From Nemertoderma westbladi (lineage: Eukaryota; Animalia; Xenacoelomorpha), in NCBI GenBank assembly GCA_032718475.1, contig JAUCBJ010008858.1, forward strand, positions 1 through 34,370: a DNA stretch of 34,370 nt, in the 5' to 3' direction. Positions within the stretch are counted from its first letter, which is position 1, and each line of letters starts with the position of its first letter. A program made the translations under genes and the position numbers. Shown here in pieces: positions 9,418-20,003 of the stretch. The notes beneath the pieces were generated by a model. It made no database searches and was not told where the DNA came from. It saw nothing but the letters and a program-made list of their open reading frames with translations.

Positions 9418-9930
9418 ATTTGTAGGCTGAGCTGTTGTCTGATTGCTGTTAAGTCCGAACGAATTGCAGTGTGTGTAGATCACCTGTCCGATTAAGTACG
9501 GTTAGGAAGTAGGGGCAGCGAACGCTGTAAGGTAAACCCCCAACTAAAGAATAAGTCGCACTACTGGGTTAGAGCGCATACTCCCTAATCATTTCGGAGT
9601 CTGCATGTCCTGTAGTTTATTTAGGCTTGAGAGTAGTCTGCCATCGTTTAGTCTGTACTTTGTTTGTGTAAGTCTGTACGGGTAGCGTATAATTTTATTT
9701 AGATAATTTGTAGGCTGGATAGTTGTCTGGCTGTTATTAGGTCTGAACGGATTGCCGTGTGTGTAGATCATCTTGTCCGATTAAGTACGGTTAGGAAGTA
9801 GGGGCAGCGAACGCTGTAAGGTAAACCCCCAACTAAAGAATAAGTCGCACTACTGGGTTAGAGCGCATACTCCCTAATCATTTCGGAGTCTGCATATACC
9901 GTAGTTTGTTTAGGCTTGATAGTAGTCTGT
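9418..9930. repeat. Two-copy direct repeat (~289-bp period) in the leader of element B
   Basis: The core GTCCGATTAAGTACGG...GGAGTCTGCAT is identical at 9486 and 9775. Confidence 0.88.
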
Positions 9931-10918
9931 CAGTGTTCAGTCTGTATTTTGTTTGAGTAGTTTGTACGCGTAGCGTAATATTTATTATTCAGAGTTTATG
10001 CGATTATCCGCAACATTCATTCCCCAAGTTTGTTCCTACAGTAATTGTGTTTGTTATACATACCGCTATAGTTAAATTAACCCCGGTACTACACGGGCTG
10101 CTCGGCGTAGGTAAAGACTGGTGATTTTGTGCATCGGTCACTCCAGCAGATGCCGTGGTTCTTTTAGCTGTTCAAGTATATTTAACTACTGATTATATGT
10201 TGTACAAGTACTCGTACCTAATTTAGGGTTTAGTGTACAGTGCTTTCCGAAAGTAATTAGTGTAGGCATTACATTTGTGGTGTAAAGTGGTTAATAGGCA
10301 CGTTCGATTAGCTCTATTAACTTCTAGGTAGGAACACTCCGTGATACATAACGTAGTACCTATAGCGATACGGCTATAGGTCGTCAGGCGGTGGTATTTT
10401 CCTATCTAGACAACGCAGTGTATTTACTACTACTTATTATTTCAAATACCGTAGTACCCTGTCCGTTGTAATAACCGGTTTTCTAACCCTTTGTTAGGCT
10501 GGTTTGTAGACTTCTTGTAAAATTACCCTAAAAATTCGTATTTGTGTTTTGTAAATTTTGTGTTTATTTAGAGATTGTAATCTCACCCGAATTGTACGTA
10601 ATTTGTAGTATTAAGTAACTTAGGTAAATTAGAATTATTTGTTTTAGTGTCCTGTACGTAACACTTCACTGAAAGCGTACCGCTTTGTGTAGTGATTACC
10701 CCCAGAAATAATAACATTTATTTCAAACATTGACAAAACCCATTAAAACGGGTATATATATATTATAAATCAAATCTAACGATTTATAAATAGTAGGCCT
10801 ACCATACAACCATTAGGTCTCAATATCAGTTGGACTACTGCTTAAATAACGGTAATAAAGTAAGTAAAGTAACCAAGTAACCAAAAAATTCAGAAATTCG
10901 ATTATTTAAAGTAATTGA

Positions 10919-11175
10919 CATACCGGTATTTACGATAGGCCTATTATCTTTATTTCTATAAATTTAGGCTGAAATTATACCGGTTCTTTATAATTAATTC
11001 TAGTCCAGAATTATACTTACAGACTTATATATACTACAAACTGTAAGCTGTATACCGGTATTCCCGATAGGCCTATTATATATTTATATATATTTGTGCT
11101 AAAATTATACCGGTATTCTGTGATAAACCTAGTCTGTAATAATACTTATATATACTATAAGCATACCGGTATTCT
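10919..11175. repeat. Degenerate ~130-bp direct repeat in the B-specific part of the leader
   Basis: ATACCGGTATT..CGATAGGCCTATTAT...AAATTATACCGGT occurs at ~10920 and ~11052. Confidence 0.65.
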
Positions 11176-11307
11176 AATATATTATATATATCACGCTACA
11201 CTGAGTAGCAGGATCGGTAATTAATTACTAGGCTAGCAGTTAATACTGAATTACTAGACTTGCTTAGACTGTAATATAGCAGTAGGCATTCAACTGTACA
11301 ATCAAAC

Positions 11308-14300
11308 ATGTCTGACTCACAACAAACATTGTCAGATAGCCTCTTAGAAAGTGCTAGAATGAGTGTTAGACAGGGTCTTAAAAAGATCTGGGACTCAGCT
11401 AAGAGTATAGAGCGTCTGAGACCAAAGTCCAAGTCCCCTCCTACTGTAAGCAAGGTCATACCTACAGTAGTAATAACAGAACCGAGGCTGGTCCAACATC
11501 GTAGGTCTATCATAGGCACTCGACCTCAGGTCAAGCGAGACCAAGAAGCAGCGGAACAGCAACAACCCGCGAGCCAGGAACTTGTTTCTCAGCGGTCCGA
11601 CAGCTCCAGTAGTTCGGATACTGTTGAGCGGACGCCCGAGCGCGGAGCGAAGATGGCGGATAAGGTTTATGATGAGCGGACAACCTATGAAGAATCAACC
11701 GACGCCACTTCTTCTCAAGAAGAAAGCGAAGCGACGGCAGAGAAACCGCATAAGAGGGATGCCATTGACATCTATCTGTCAGACTATCAACGTTTTTTAG
11801 GTGATGACGAGTTGAGGAGAAGGTTAGAGGGACTTAGCCCTAATAGTGAAGGAACCAAGCTTGTGTTGGATGCCATCGATGTGGAAATGAGGGCTGCGAA
11901 CCAGGCTAAATTCGATGAACAACTCCGCATCGTTAGAGAACAAGAAGAACAAGTAAGGAAAAAACGTATAGAAGACAGAAAGGCCGCAGCAAAAGCAGAG
12001 GCAGAGGCAAAAGCGGCAGCAGCAGAAGCAGCGGCAGAAGCAAAAGCGGCAGTAGCAAAGGCAGAGGCAGAGGCAAAAGCAGCAGAAGCAGCGGCAGAGG
12101 TAAAAGCGGCAGCGGCAGAGGCAAAAGCGGCAGCAGCAGAAGCAGAACGGAGAGCGGCTGAAGAGATCGCCCAACTGGAGTTGGAAACGCTTCAAGAGAA
12201 GCAAGACGACTTCAGTAAACAGTTAACAGCTAGTAATATGCAGATGATGAATCGATCTACTCCCAAAAGACAGGGATATACATCATCTGAAGAAGGCGAT
12301 ACCACCGATACTGAAGGCAAAGGAAATAGATCTCGTCTAAGCAGACGTAAAGGAACATTCCACCGGCAGAAATTGCCTGATTTGCCTCCAGCTGTTAGAA
12401 GGCAACTAAATAACACCAAAGTAGGTAGTACAGAGCCCGCAGACCAAATAATTAAAATAGAAAGACTCCCTACTATAGTAGATGAGCCTGAAATAATTAG
12501 GCCTGTTCTTGAAATCACCCCTTCGGTGATAGACGCACATGTGCTCCCTGAAACTACCTCTAAATTCCCTCTGCATAGCACTAAGCTACCTGTGCCCCGC
12601 AGAACTGCCCAAGAGACAGTTCAGGTCCTGGACCCCGAGCGAAATATTCACAATTTGTCGCCCGTTGTCCCTCGTCCGCCCGCTACAACGTTGGCGACTC
12701 CCGCTTCGGCGGTCGAATGGGTGGACGAGAGACGGCGGGGGATGGATATCCTGCTCGGGCAGATGCAGGAGACTGTCCAGCAATTCAAGGGCACAGTAAG
12801 GGAAAGTAGGTTAGAGTTGCAAAAGGTGCAGCAAAGTATCGCGTTAGAATGCGATAAATTAGTGAACATACAAAGGGGTATAACACCACCTCCTGTAACA
12901 ATGTGTCAACCCGTTAGGTCTGAAGTATCCCATGCGCAAGGTGTGGAGCCTACACGCATCTATACTGCTAGCGAAATAGAAACTCCTATAGTGAACCCTA
13001 TTAAGGGTAATTATAAACCTGTTGATAATAATATTCCATATAGACCTGATCATAATCCGAGAAACTTATATACCGATAATTCTATATTCAATAATACGAT
13101 GGCTCAAGAAAGTTTTACGCGTCAAATGGCTAGAACCGAAGCCCGGCAAGCGGTAAAGGTGGGAGAGATCGTCAAGTTCAATGGAGATGAGATGAAATGG
13201 TTACCTTTTAATGAATATTACAAAGATAACATACAGAACTCTGTGCTATCTAATGGAGAGAAACTTAGATTCCTCATCGAGTGCTTGGAAGGATCTCCCA
13301 AGTCAATGGCGTTAAAATTTATTGGACATCCAGATGGATTAAGACAAGTTTGGGATACACTAAACATCAGGTATGGTAATAGGACTAACATAGCTAGGTA
13401 TTTATATGCGAAATTAATGGCGCCCCGAAAGTTTCTTAGCAGCGGGATTATAGAGTTTTCCGATGAGATTCAGGAGATCTGTAGACAACTAGATTGGTTA
13501 GGTAAGTCTCATGAATACCAGAATTCTATGGTTGTAGGAGCCTTAGCATCTACTTTGCCCAAGGGTGGAGTAGGTACACGCTGGGACAAGAAGGTGTTAT
13601 ATATGATGGAACAACAACAACGAGACCCTACCATGACTGATCTCCTGTCATTCTTAGATAGAGAAGTGAAATTACAGCTCCTAAGGCAGTCCAGAGAGAA
13701 GACATTGGAAAACAAGGTAAGTGAGAAACCCGTTTCTAGGAGAAGGGTAACACCAGTATGTTATACCGACGACGGTGAAAGCCAAACTTCTCAAGGAGAG
13801 GACAGCGGGAAAGACACTGACAGATCTTATTATGTCAATAAAATGCCTAAAGATCAGGTAAGTAAATCCGAGTCTCGACCCAATGACAGAAGGGAACCGG
13901 TACAAAAAACCCTTCCTACGTCTCCTAAAAGAATTCAGGTGAGAAAGCCCGAGGAAAGAACAAGTGTGCACCACATAGCACAGGTTAAAGTAAGTAACAT
14001 CAAGCCGAAATGTGTGCTGTGCGACGGGCCCCACCGTTTAAATGCGTGTGATAAATTCCTGAGGAAATCACTTGAGGATAGACGTGAAGTCATGTGGGAT
14101 AAGCGGTTGTGTTATAATTGCCTCAGACGAGGACACCAACGGCGAACCTGTAACTCCGACGCAAGGTGTGCAAAGTGCGGCGCAAAACATCATATCTTGT
14201 TGCACACGGAATTCGAACAAAACAGCCCGAGTCAGGTAAGTGAGTCCGAACTACATGTCCAATTCAGTGATGTGAACGACACTGATCAATCTGAGATGGA

Positions 14301-15750
14301 AGGATTCTATACGGACGAGTTCTCCGACGAAAACGAATCCTGTTACCTAATAAACACCACCGCAGTGTATCGAGCACTCGTGTATGAAAAAGACACAGAC
14401 AGCGACCTCACCCTAACTACTTCAGATCAACAACCATCTTGGAAAGCGCCAACTTCCAATATAGGAATCCGAGAATTTCCTGTAGTCCAGTTACGGGTCC
14501 ACGGACCTCAGAAGAGCTATATAGTGAACGCCCTCCTGGACTCCGGTAGCACAGGAACATTCATCGATAAAGAACTAGCCGAAGTCATCTTTGCTGGACA
14601 ACCCAAGTTCCGAACCAAGCTAAACATGTCAGGAATCATGCAAGTTTGGAAATCTACAGTAACAGCTGATTATTATGCAGGCGCGTTGTCCACCCCCCAG
14701 GACGAACTAGGAGAACATAGCATAAGGTCAGTGAAAATGGTGGCTATAAAGAACTTCGCTACTACTCAAGCAGACCTTTATAATTGGGACGAGGATGAGA
14801 GCATCCAACATCTTAACATACCTCGATTCCAGACTGATTATCCTGGAGTGCAAATACTCATCGGCCAAAACGCGCATGAGGCGCTGGAGACATTAGAGAA
14901 ACGACCTGCTCAACCGCAGCCACTACAGACCTATGCGGTAAGAACTAGAGTAGGTTGGTACCTTACTGGACCTTCCCGTAGAACGCTCAGGGAAAGACTG
15001 CTTCAAGATCGCGTCTGCCAGGTGAGTGAATGGGAAGATGATACTAGTGAGGGAGACGACCCAACTGAGGGAACACCACACTCCTCAGATAATGACAATC
15101 TTAGCTCCAATGTAGATCAATGGAGATATTGCCCCAAGAAGTTTAATCCAACGGACATCGCTTCCAGAGGAGCAACTCCTCAAGAACTAACAGATACTAT
15201 AGATCGGTTAGGTGAACCCGACTTCCTGAGTAAGGAGAATGAATGGCCTCCCCATCTTACTCCGACTGAGATTAGACCAGCCAAGGGAGCGGAGAAAGTC
15301 GAACCTGAAACCCGGACGGGTGGATCGGAGTTATTTGAACCCGGGATAGATCTGTCGGTATTACATGTTGCCAGGGACGACGCCGTGGATCTGGGCCTCC
15401 CCTCCGCGAGTGGATCCTTCATGAAGATCAGAGAGAGCGATTGGAGCTCTGGAACATCAGACGTCTCGCAGAGACTCTCACCTCTCCTGCAGAGAGCGAC
15501 GGACCACTATAGCTCCTGGAATCGGCTTTGTGACGCCGTCATATACTTTGAGCGATGTTTCTATCGTCACTATTCCAGGACGAAGAGGAAACCTGGAATT
15601 GTATTCGGGATGCAGCGACTCAATCACCCAGTCGGTCGTTTGTGTTTACCGGAAGGGAATGGAGGACTCTCCGGAAACTGTGGAAGGCAAGATTCTCTTC
15701 CCACGACCACCTCCCTAATCCTTCAAACATCTAGGGACTCCATAACGTAA
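11308..15750 (+). CDS. BEL/Pao Gag-protease polyprotein (1480 aa) with in-frame fused remnants of the RNase H end/linker and the Pol C-terminal tail
   Basis: DUF1759-like FNGDEMKW..F...LSNGEKLRFLIECLEG; three Cys/His knuckles (CVLCDGPHRLNAC, CYNCLRRGHQRRTC, CAKCGAKHHILLH); protease ALLDSGS...ILIG, then AVRTRVGWYLTG; tail DQWRYCP..NPTDIASRG...HYSRT|KRKPGI...SRDSIT matches two separated parts of element A Pol. Confidence 0.94.
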   Translation: MSDSQQTLSDSLLESARMSVRQGLKKIWDSAKSIERLRPKSKSPPTVSKVIPTVVITEPRLVQHRRSIIGTRPQVKRDQEAAEQQQPASQELVSQRSDSSSSSDTVERTPERGAKMADKVYDERTTYEESTDATSSQEESEATAEKPHKRDAIDIYLSDYQRFLGDDELRRRLEGLSPNSEGTKLVLDAIDVEMRAANQAKFDEQLRIVREQEEQVRKKRIEDRKAAAKAEAEAKAAAAEAAAEAKAAVAKAEAEAKAAEAAAEVKAAAAEAKAAAAEAERRAAEEIAQLELETLQEKQDDFSKQLTASNMQMMNRSTPKRQGYTSSEEGDTTDTEGKGNRSRLSRRKGTFHRQKLPDLPPAVRRQLNNTKVGSTEPADQIIKIERLPTIVDEPEIIRPVLEITPSVIDAHVLPETTSKFPLHSTKLPVPRRTAQETVQVLDPERNIHNLSPVVPRPPATTLATPASAVEWVDERRRGMDILLGQMQETVQQFKGTVRESRLELQKVQQSIALECDKLVNIQRGITPPPVTMCQPVRSEVSHAQGVEPTRIYTASEIETPIVNPIKGNYKPVDNNIPYRPDHNPRNLYTDNSIFNNTMAQESFTRQMARTEARQAVKVGEIVKFNGDEMKWLPFNEYYKDNIQNSVLSNGEKLRFLIECLEGSPKSMALKFIGHPDGLRQVWDTLNIRYGNRTNIARYLYAKLMAPRKFLSSGIIEFSDEIQEICRQLDWLGKSHEYQNSMVVGALASTLPKGGVGTRWDKKVLYMMEQQQRDPTMTDLLSFLDREVKLQLLRQSREKTLENKVSEKPVSRRRVTPVCYTDDGESQTSQGEDSGKDTDRSYYVNKMPKDQVSKSESRPNDRREPVQKTLPTSPKRIQVRKPEERTSVHHIAQVKVSNIKPKCVLCDGPHRLNACDKFLRKSLEDRREVMWDKRLCYNCLRRGHQRRTCNSDARCAKCGAKHHILLHTEFEQNSPSQVSESELHVQFSDVNDTDQSEMEGFYTDEFSDENESCYLINTTAVYRALVYEKDTDSDLTLTTSDQQPSWKAPTSNIGIREFPVVQLRVHGPQKSYIVNALLDSGSTGTFIDKELAEVIFAGQPKFRTKLNMSGIMQVWKSTVTADYYAGALSTPQDELGEHSIRSVKMVAIKNFATTQADLYNWDEDESIQHLNIPRFQTDYPGVQILIGQNAHEALETLEKRPAQPQPLQTYAVRTRVGWYLTGPSRRTLRERLLQDRVCQVSEWEDDTSEGDDPTEGTPHSSDNDNLSSNVDQWRYCPKKFNPTDIASRGATPQELTDTIDRLGEPDFLSKENEWPPHLTPTEIRPAKGAEKVEPETRTGGSELFEPGIDLSVLHVARDDAVDLGLPSASGSFMKIRESDWSSGTSDVSQRLSPLLQRATDHYSSWNRLCDAVIYFERCFYRHYSRTKRKPGIVFGMQRLNHPVGRLCLPEGNGGLSGNCGRQDSLPTTTSLILQTSRDSIT
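11983..12147 (+). repeat. Coding Ala/Glu/Lys repeat (AKAEAEAKAAAAE) in the Gag N-terminal region
   Basis: GCAGAGGCAAAAGCGGCA-type units; frame preserved. Confidence 0.85.
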
Positions 15751-16300
15751 CAACATATGGAGTGGGTGTGTGACTCTATTATTTTATATTATTTTATTAT
15801 TTTTATATTTCTGTATGTATTACTATGTAATTTTATTATAATCGTTTTCTTTAATTTTATTCAGTAGAATGTTATTTTAGCGATTATTTAGTAGATTAGT
15901 GCAATATATATTCGCGTTTATTACTTAATTACGTATATATTATATTTAATGCGACGGCAAGAAATAATTCTTTTCCTCTTTCCTTACTGTCCGTATCATA
16001 TTATAAATACGTGACTACAGTAAGATGAAATGTCCGTACTTATTAAAGTACAATAAAGCCACTACTATATTCAAGTATTATTGGTAGGCAGAGTATTAGG
16101 AATGCAAAGTTCAGATCCTCGTGTCTCGGCTAAACCAAGCTCTGGGTAGACCTTGGAAACGACTTGCCTCTTCACACTGACATTGCTTCGTGCGATATTG
16201 CTCTCATACCGTATATTAAATAATACATATAGTAGCGTGATGTCCCTTTAACAGTAGCGTATAACGCAAAATAAATCTGTTAAACCCTTTGACCATCTGT

Positions 16301-16592
16301 AATTCTAGTCGATTAAGATATCGTGGCACCCACCGATATACTTGAAAGACAAATTATAGAATCAGTGGTTAACGTCCCCAGACAAGTTCTGGAATAAATC
16401 GGTGCCCATCTCAAATATTAATTATTTAATATTTGCAAATCTAATAAATCAAAATTTGTAAAATTCAGATCCTTCAACAATTCTAGTCAATTAAGATATC
16501 GTAGCATTTACCGATATTCTTAAAAAGACAATTGTCATAGAATTAAGGATCTTGTGTCCCTAGACATGTTCTAGAATCAAAATATGTCCATT
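16301..16592. repeat. Degenerate ~110-bp direct repeat in the 3' UTR of B
   Basis: AATTCTAGTC(G/A)ATTAAGATATCGT(G/A)GCA...ACCGATAT...AAGACAA...GTCCC.AGACA.GTTCT at 16301 and 16479. Confidence 0.75.
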
Positions 16593-17217
16593 TAATTATC
16601 AAATAATAAAATTTCAGGGAATAAATTTAAATTCATGCCTTTTAATGAATTTAATAAATTGCCATTTTTACGCAATTTATAAAGTTCCCAAAATTCCATT
16701 AATTAATAGATCAAGGGAGCGGAGATTTATCTTATCATGCGTATGAGAGTGTGAAAGTCTCCCAAACATAGTCAATAGCCGATAAAATTCATAAAGTCAT
16801 GTATAAAACAGAACATTGACTATTAAAGAATACTATTAAATAACATCCCAGATCTGTATGCATTGGAACTACCCTAATTCTACCGCTAGCTTTGCATAAT
16901 GTCACCATAGCAACAACCACGCTAGAATTAGAATTGAGTTAAAAGAACAATAGAAAGCTTGTCCCATTGAATAGCATAGGGAATAAATAGCGCACTGCTA
17001 GTATCCAAGGATACATACTAATACAGTGACATTCTGGAAGGCATTGACTAACGGACAAATGGCCCGAATGTGTGTAATTTGTGACAAGTTGTGTGTGTGG
17101 TATTTGTGAGTTTATAGGTGAATGTTACTGCTAAGGTGTGTTTACAGTAGCCAGTCGCAATCGTAAAAGTAACCTAACTCTCCAAGGAAAACCTGAAGTA
17201 CATCTAAGCCTTTGGGA

Positions 17218-17325
17218 CGGACAGTCGAGTGACTTGTGCCGGTTGTCGTTGCCGTTGTGCGGCTACGTCGTTGGCGAAAGTACAGCGGCGACGACACATC
17301 GGCCCTGAGGATCTCGTACTGTCCG
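17218..17325 (+). other. Long GC-rich RNA stem-loop in the 3' region of B
   Basis: 17244-17260 pairs with 17280-17296 over 17 bp with three G-U pairs. Outer helices are GCCGGT/ATCGGC and CGGACAGT-CGAG/CTCG-T-ACTGTCCG. Confidence 0.6.
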
Positions 17326-18762
17326 GGGGTTAATTGGAGTAGGCAGCGACGCTCGCTAGCCTAAATATAAACTCCTTATAATATGGATAAACTCATATAT
17401 AGCAGATATGACGGAGTCGATAGAAGATGGTCTTGGTATCGGGGAGCGATATACTCTACTTTTGCAAGCGTTTGTTGATAGCTTAATACGCGGCGACGTT
17501 AGTCCAACTGCTGCGGAGGACGATGGTCGTTATATCGAACCGACAATGTCCCAAGTGCAGCTCTCGCGAGAGTTGGACTATAGAAAATTCGCTGCTCGAT
17601 ATACGCAGCGTAATGGTACGTATATGGGCTTCTTAACTACTGGTCATTCTATCGATTTACACAATACGGACTATGTCGACTATATATCCTGCCCAGTGGA
17701 GTCGGAACCATAAATTGAAATTCGAATGCGAAAATTCTATTCGAAATCGACTCGAAAGAAAAGACACTAAAGAAACAAATGGACGCGGTAACTCCAACGT
17801 ATATTTGGAATTCTTGATAGAAGCATTGTAACAACAAATAAATATCACCCGCGTTTACCCTACCAGACGTGCGTCTTTGGTATTATTACGATAAATGCCC
17901 TAGACCCAACTAATAAACGGAAAGACATAAACATCCACGTAAACCGAAACTTGTTGACGTATCACCTATGCTCACTCGGCTCGAACGATCCTGGAGTAAA
18001 CCTACGATCAGAGTCCCGGAATACTCGGTCAAACCTCCTCATTCCTTAGTTGGACCTCAGACCTGCGATCCTGGTGGTGTCGCGGATCCTCGCGGACTGT
18101 ATTCACTGTTCAAAGATCTAGTGCTACCCTAACAATTAATCGGTAACACTCCGACAGTGATTTCTAGCTAGCCGCCCATCTTACCTAGCCGGATTGTGAC
18201 GCGGACACCTAATATCACTATCCAACCGTATGGTCGTCCCCGTTTAACGCGATACAACCCCTCATCAAGGTAAAGGAGAGCGTTGTACGAAACGAGTTAA
18301 ACGCTATTCTATAAAGATCAAAAAAGAAACCTGCGTTTGTTCAGATAAACGTAAGTTATAACAGTAAGTCCAATCGATAAACGAATTGGCCTTATCTCAA
18401 TTCGATTGGGAAATCCAGAATCTCTAAGAAGTTATCGAACTTGGACGATCCTATTCTCTGCGAGAGTTTTGGATGAACGTAGCCAGCTACGAGCGGAGGA
18501 AAATCAGCTCGAGGAGAAGCATATCGAAACGGCAGATACCTCGACCATAAACCTACACCTTCTGATGCAATCATATTGCACCCTTCACCCAGGAGTTATG
18601 GCCCTCCTAGTAAAGTGGCTCCCCCCAAAGAGAAAAAGACTCTTGCTAGCCTCAAAAAACTGCGTAAACGCCGTCTGCGTAAGAAAGACTAACTGTTTAG
18701 AGTATCTTTAGGTTTTAGAAACTGTGATTTTTATATTTTATAGACTGAAAATCCCATTTTCT

Positions 18763-18770
18763 GGGAGCGG
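18763..18770 (+). promoter_or_regulatory. Short polypurine tract (GGGAGCGG)
   Basis: Purine-rich run directly 5' of the 3' LTR. Confidence 0.65.
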
Positions 18771-20003
18771 TGTAAAAGCTTTTGCTGAATTGTCCGGTTA
18801 TTTTTCCTTATTTTTCCCGTAAAGTACTCTGTAGTTGGTTTACCAGGCATAAAAAGGCCGTGTCCTTGCTGTACTGGTGTTTTAGCGGACATAAAAGCTA
18901 TTTCTTCTGTATTTGTACTTTAGAGGACATAATCCGTAATTCCGTGACGTAAAAGCTCGATACTCTTGAAAACAGTGTCGCTACCATGACGACGGCTAGC
19001 AGCTGATATTGCCACGTCGACGTTTCTTTGTTTCTCTGTTCTCTCGTTGTTCAGGTTGACCAATCAGAGCGTTTGTTGTCTCTGTGTTGAAGGTATATAC
19101 AGAAACTCAGTAGTTCAGTGTTATGTTTTTGACCAGAGCCTAAGAACCGGCTTTGGCACCTCCGTGTTTCAGTTTTTAGTCTTACACTAGTAGGTTTAAT
19201 TATAAGGGCATATATCCTTTAACTGACATACCGATCAAACTCATGGAATCACTGATCTGGGAATACACTGACTGCTGACACACGGCTTTTAATAACTGCT
19301 GAAACTGCTAAAATTACCTGCTCAATCGATACTGTATACTGCTATTTGTTGTCGGTTATTCATTATATTGGTTGATGAATTATTATATTGGAATAACGAG
19401 AAATAACCCCCGAAAACCCAATATTCTTGATATACCGAAGGTAAGAGAGAAAGGTTACCAATAAAGATTGTGACTTATGTTAAAGTGGTTTGAAGTGAAT
19501 CTAATGTTATTTGATAGACCCTACATGAGTCAGTCTGTGTTCCTTTTATATGTGACTAAAATCAGTGAAGATTGGCAGATTAGTGTGCAGTATTGTGCAG
19601 CATTGTGTATGAGTGAGTCTGTTAAAGAAGCAATTCCTAAAGAATGCGCCATATATGTGAATTATAATTAAGCCATATCGTTGTGAGTAGTTTAAGTCAT
19701 AACTCTGTTTATATAGATAAAGCGCCACGTCCTAAAGGAACTGTTAATATTCCCCGAAGGTGAATAATATTGTCAGAGATTATATAATACTGTCAGTCGA
19801 ATAATACATTAGGCTTACATAGCAATAAAATTAAACCGTCGAACCCAATCTCCCGGGAATATCCAGCGGGTGAATGATCGCGCACAGATTGGTTTCGACT
19901 AGTGTAGTGAATAAAATACTTGTCATAGACTAAAAGTGATTTATTATCTAGAAGACATTCTAATTTGGCGGGTTAAACTGCCAAAGGTCTGAAAGCGCGA
20001 ACA
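18771..20003 (+). repeat. 3' LTR of element B (1233 bp)
   Basis: Direct repeat of 7889-9124, followed by CCGCT (20004-20008). Confidence 0.96.

Larger units (their letters stand above)
7889..20003 (+). mobile_element. BEL/Pao LTR retrotransposon, element B (gag-protease only, structurally complete 12.1-kb insertion)
   Basis: Two LTRs, CCGCT TSD, purine tract before the 3' LTR, and a single long ORF with BEL Gag and aspartic protease but no RT or IN motifs. Confidence 0.96.
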
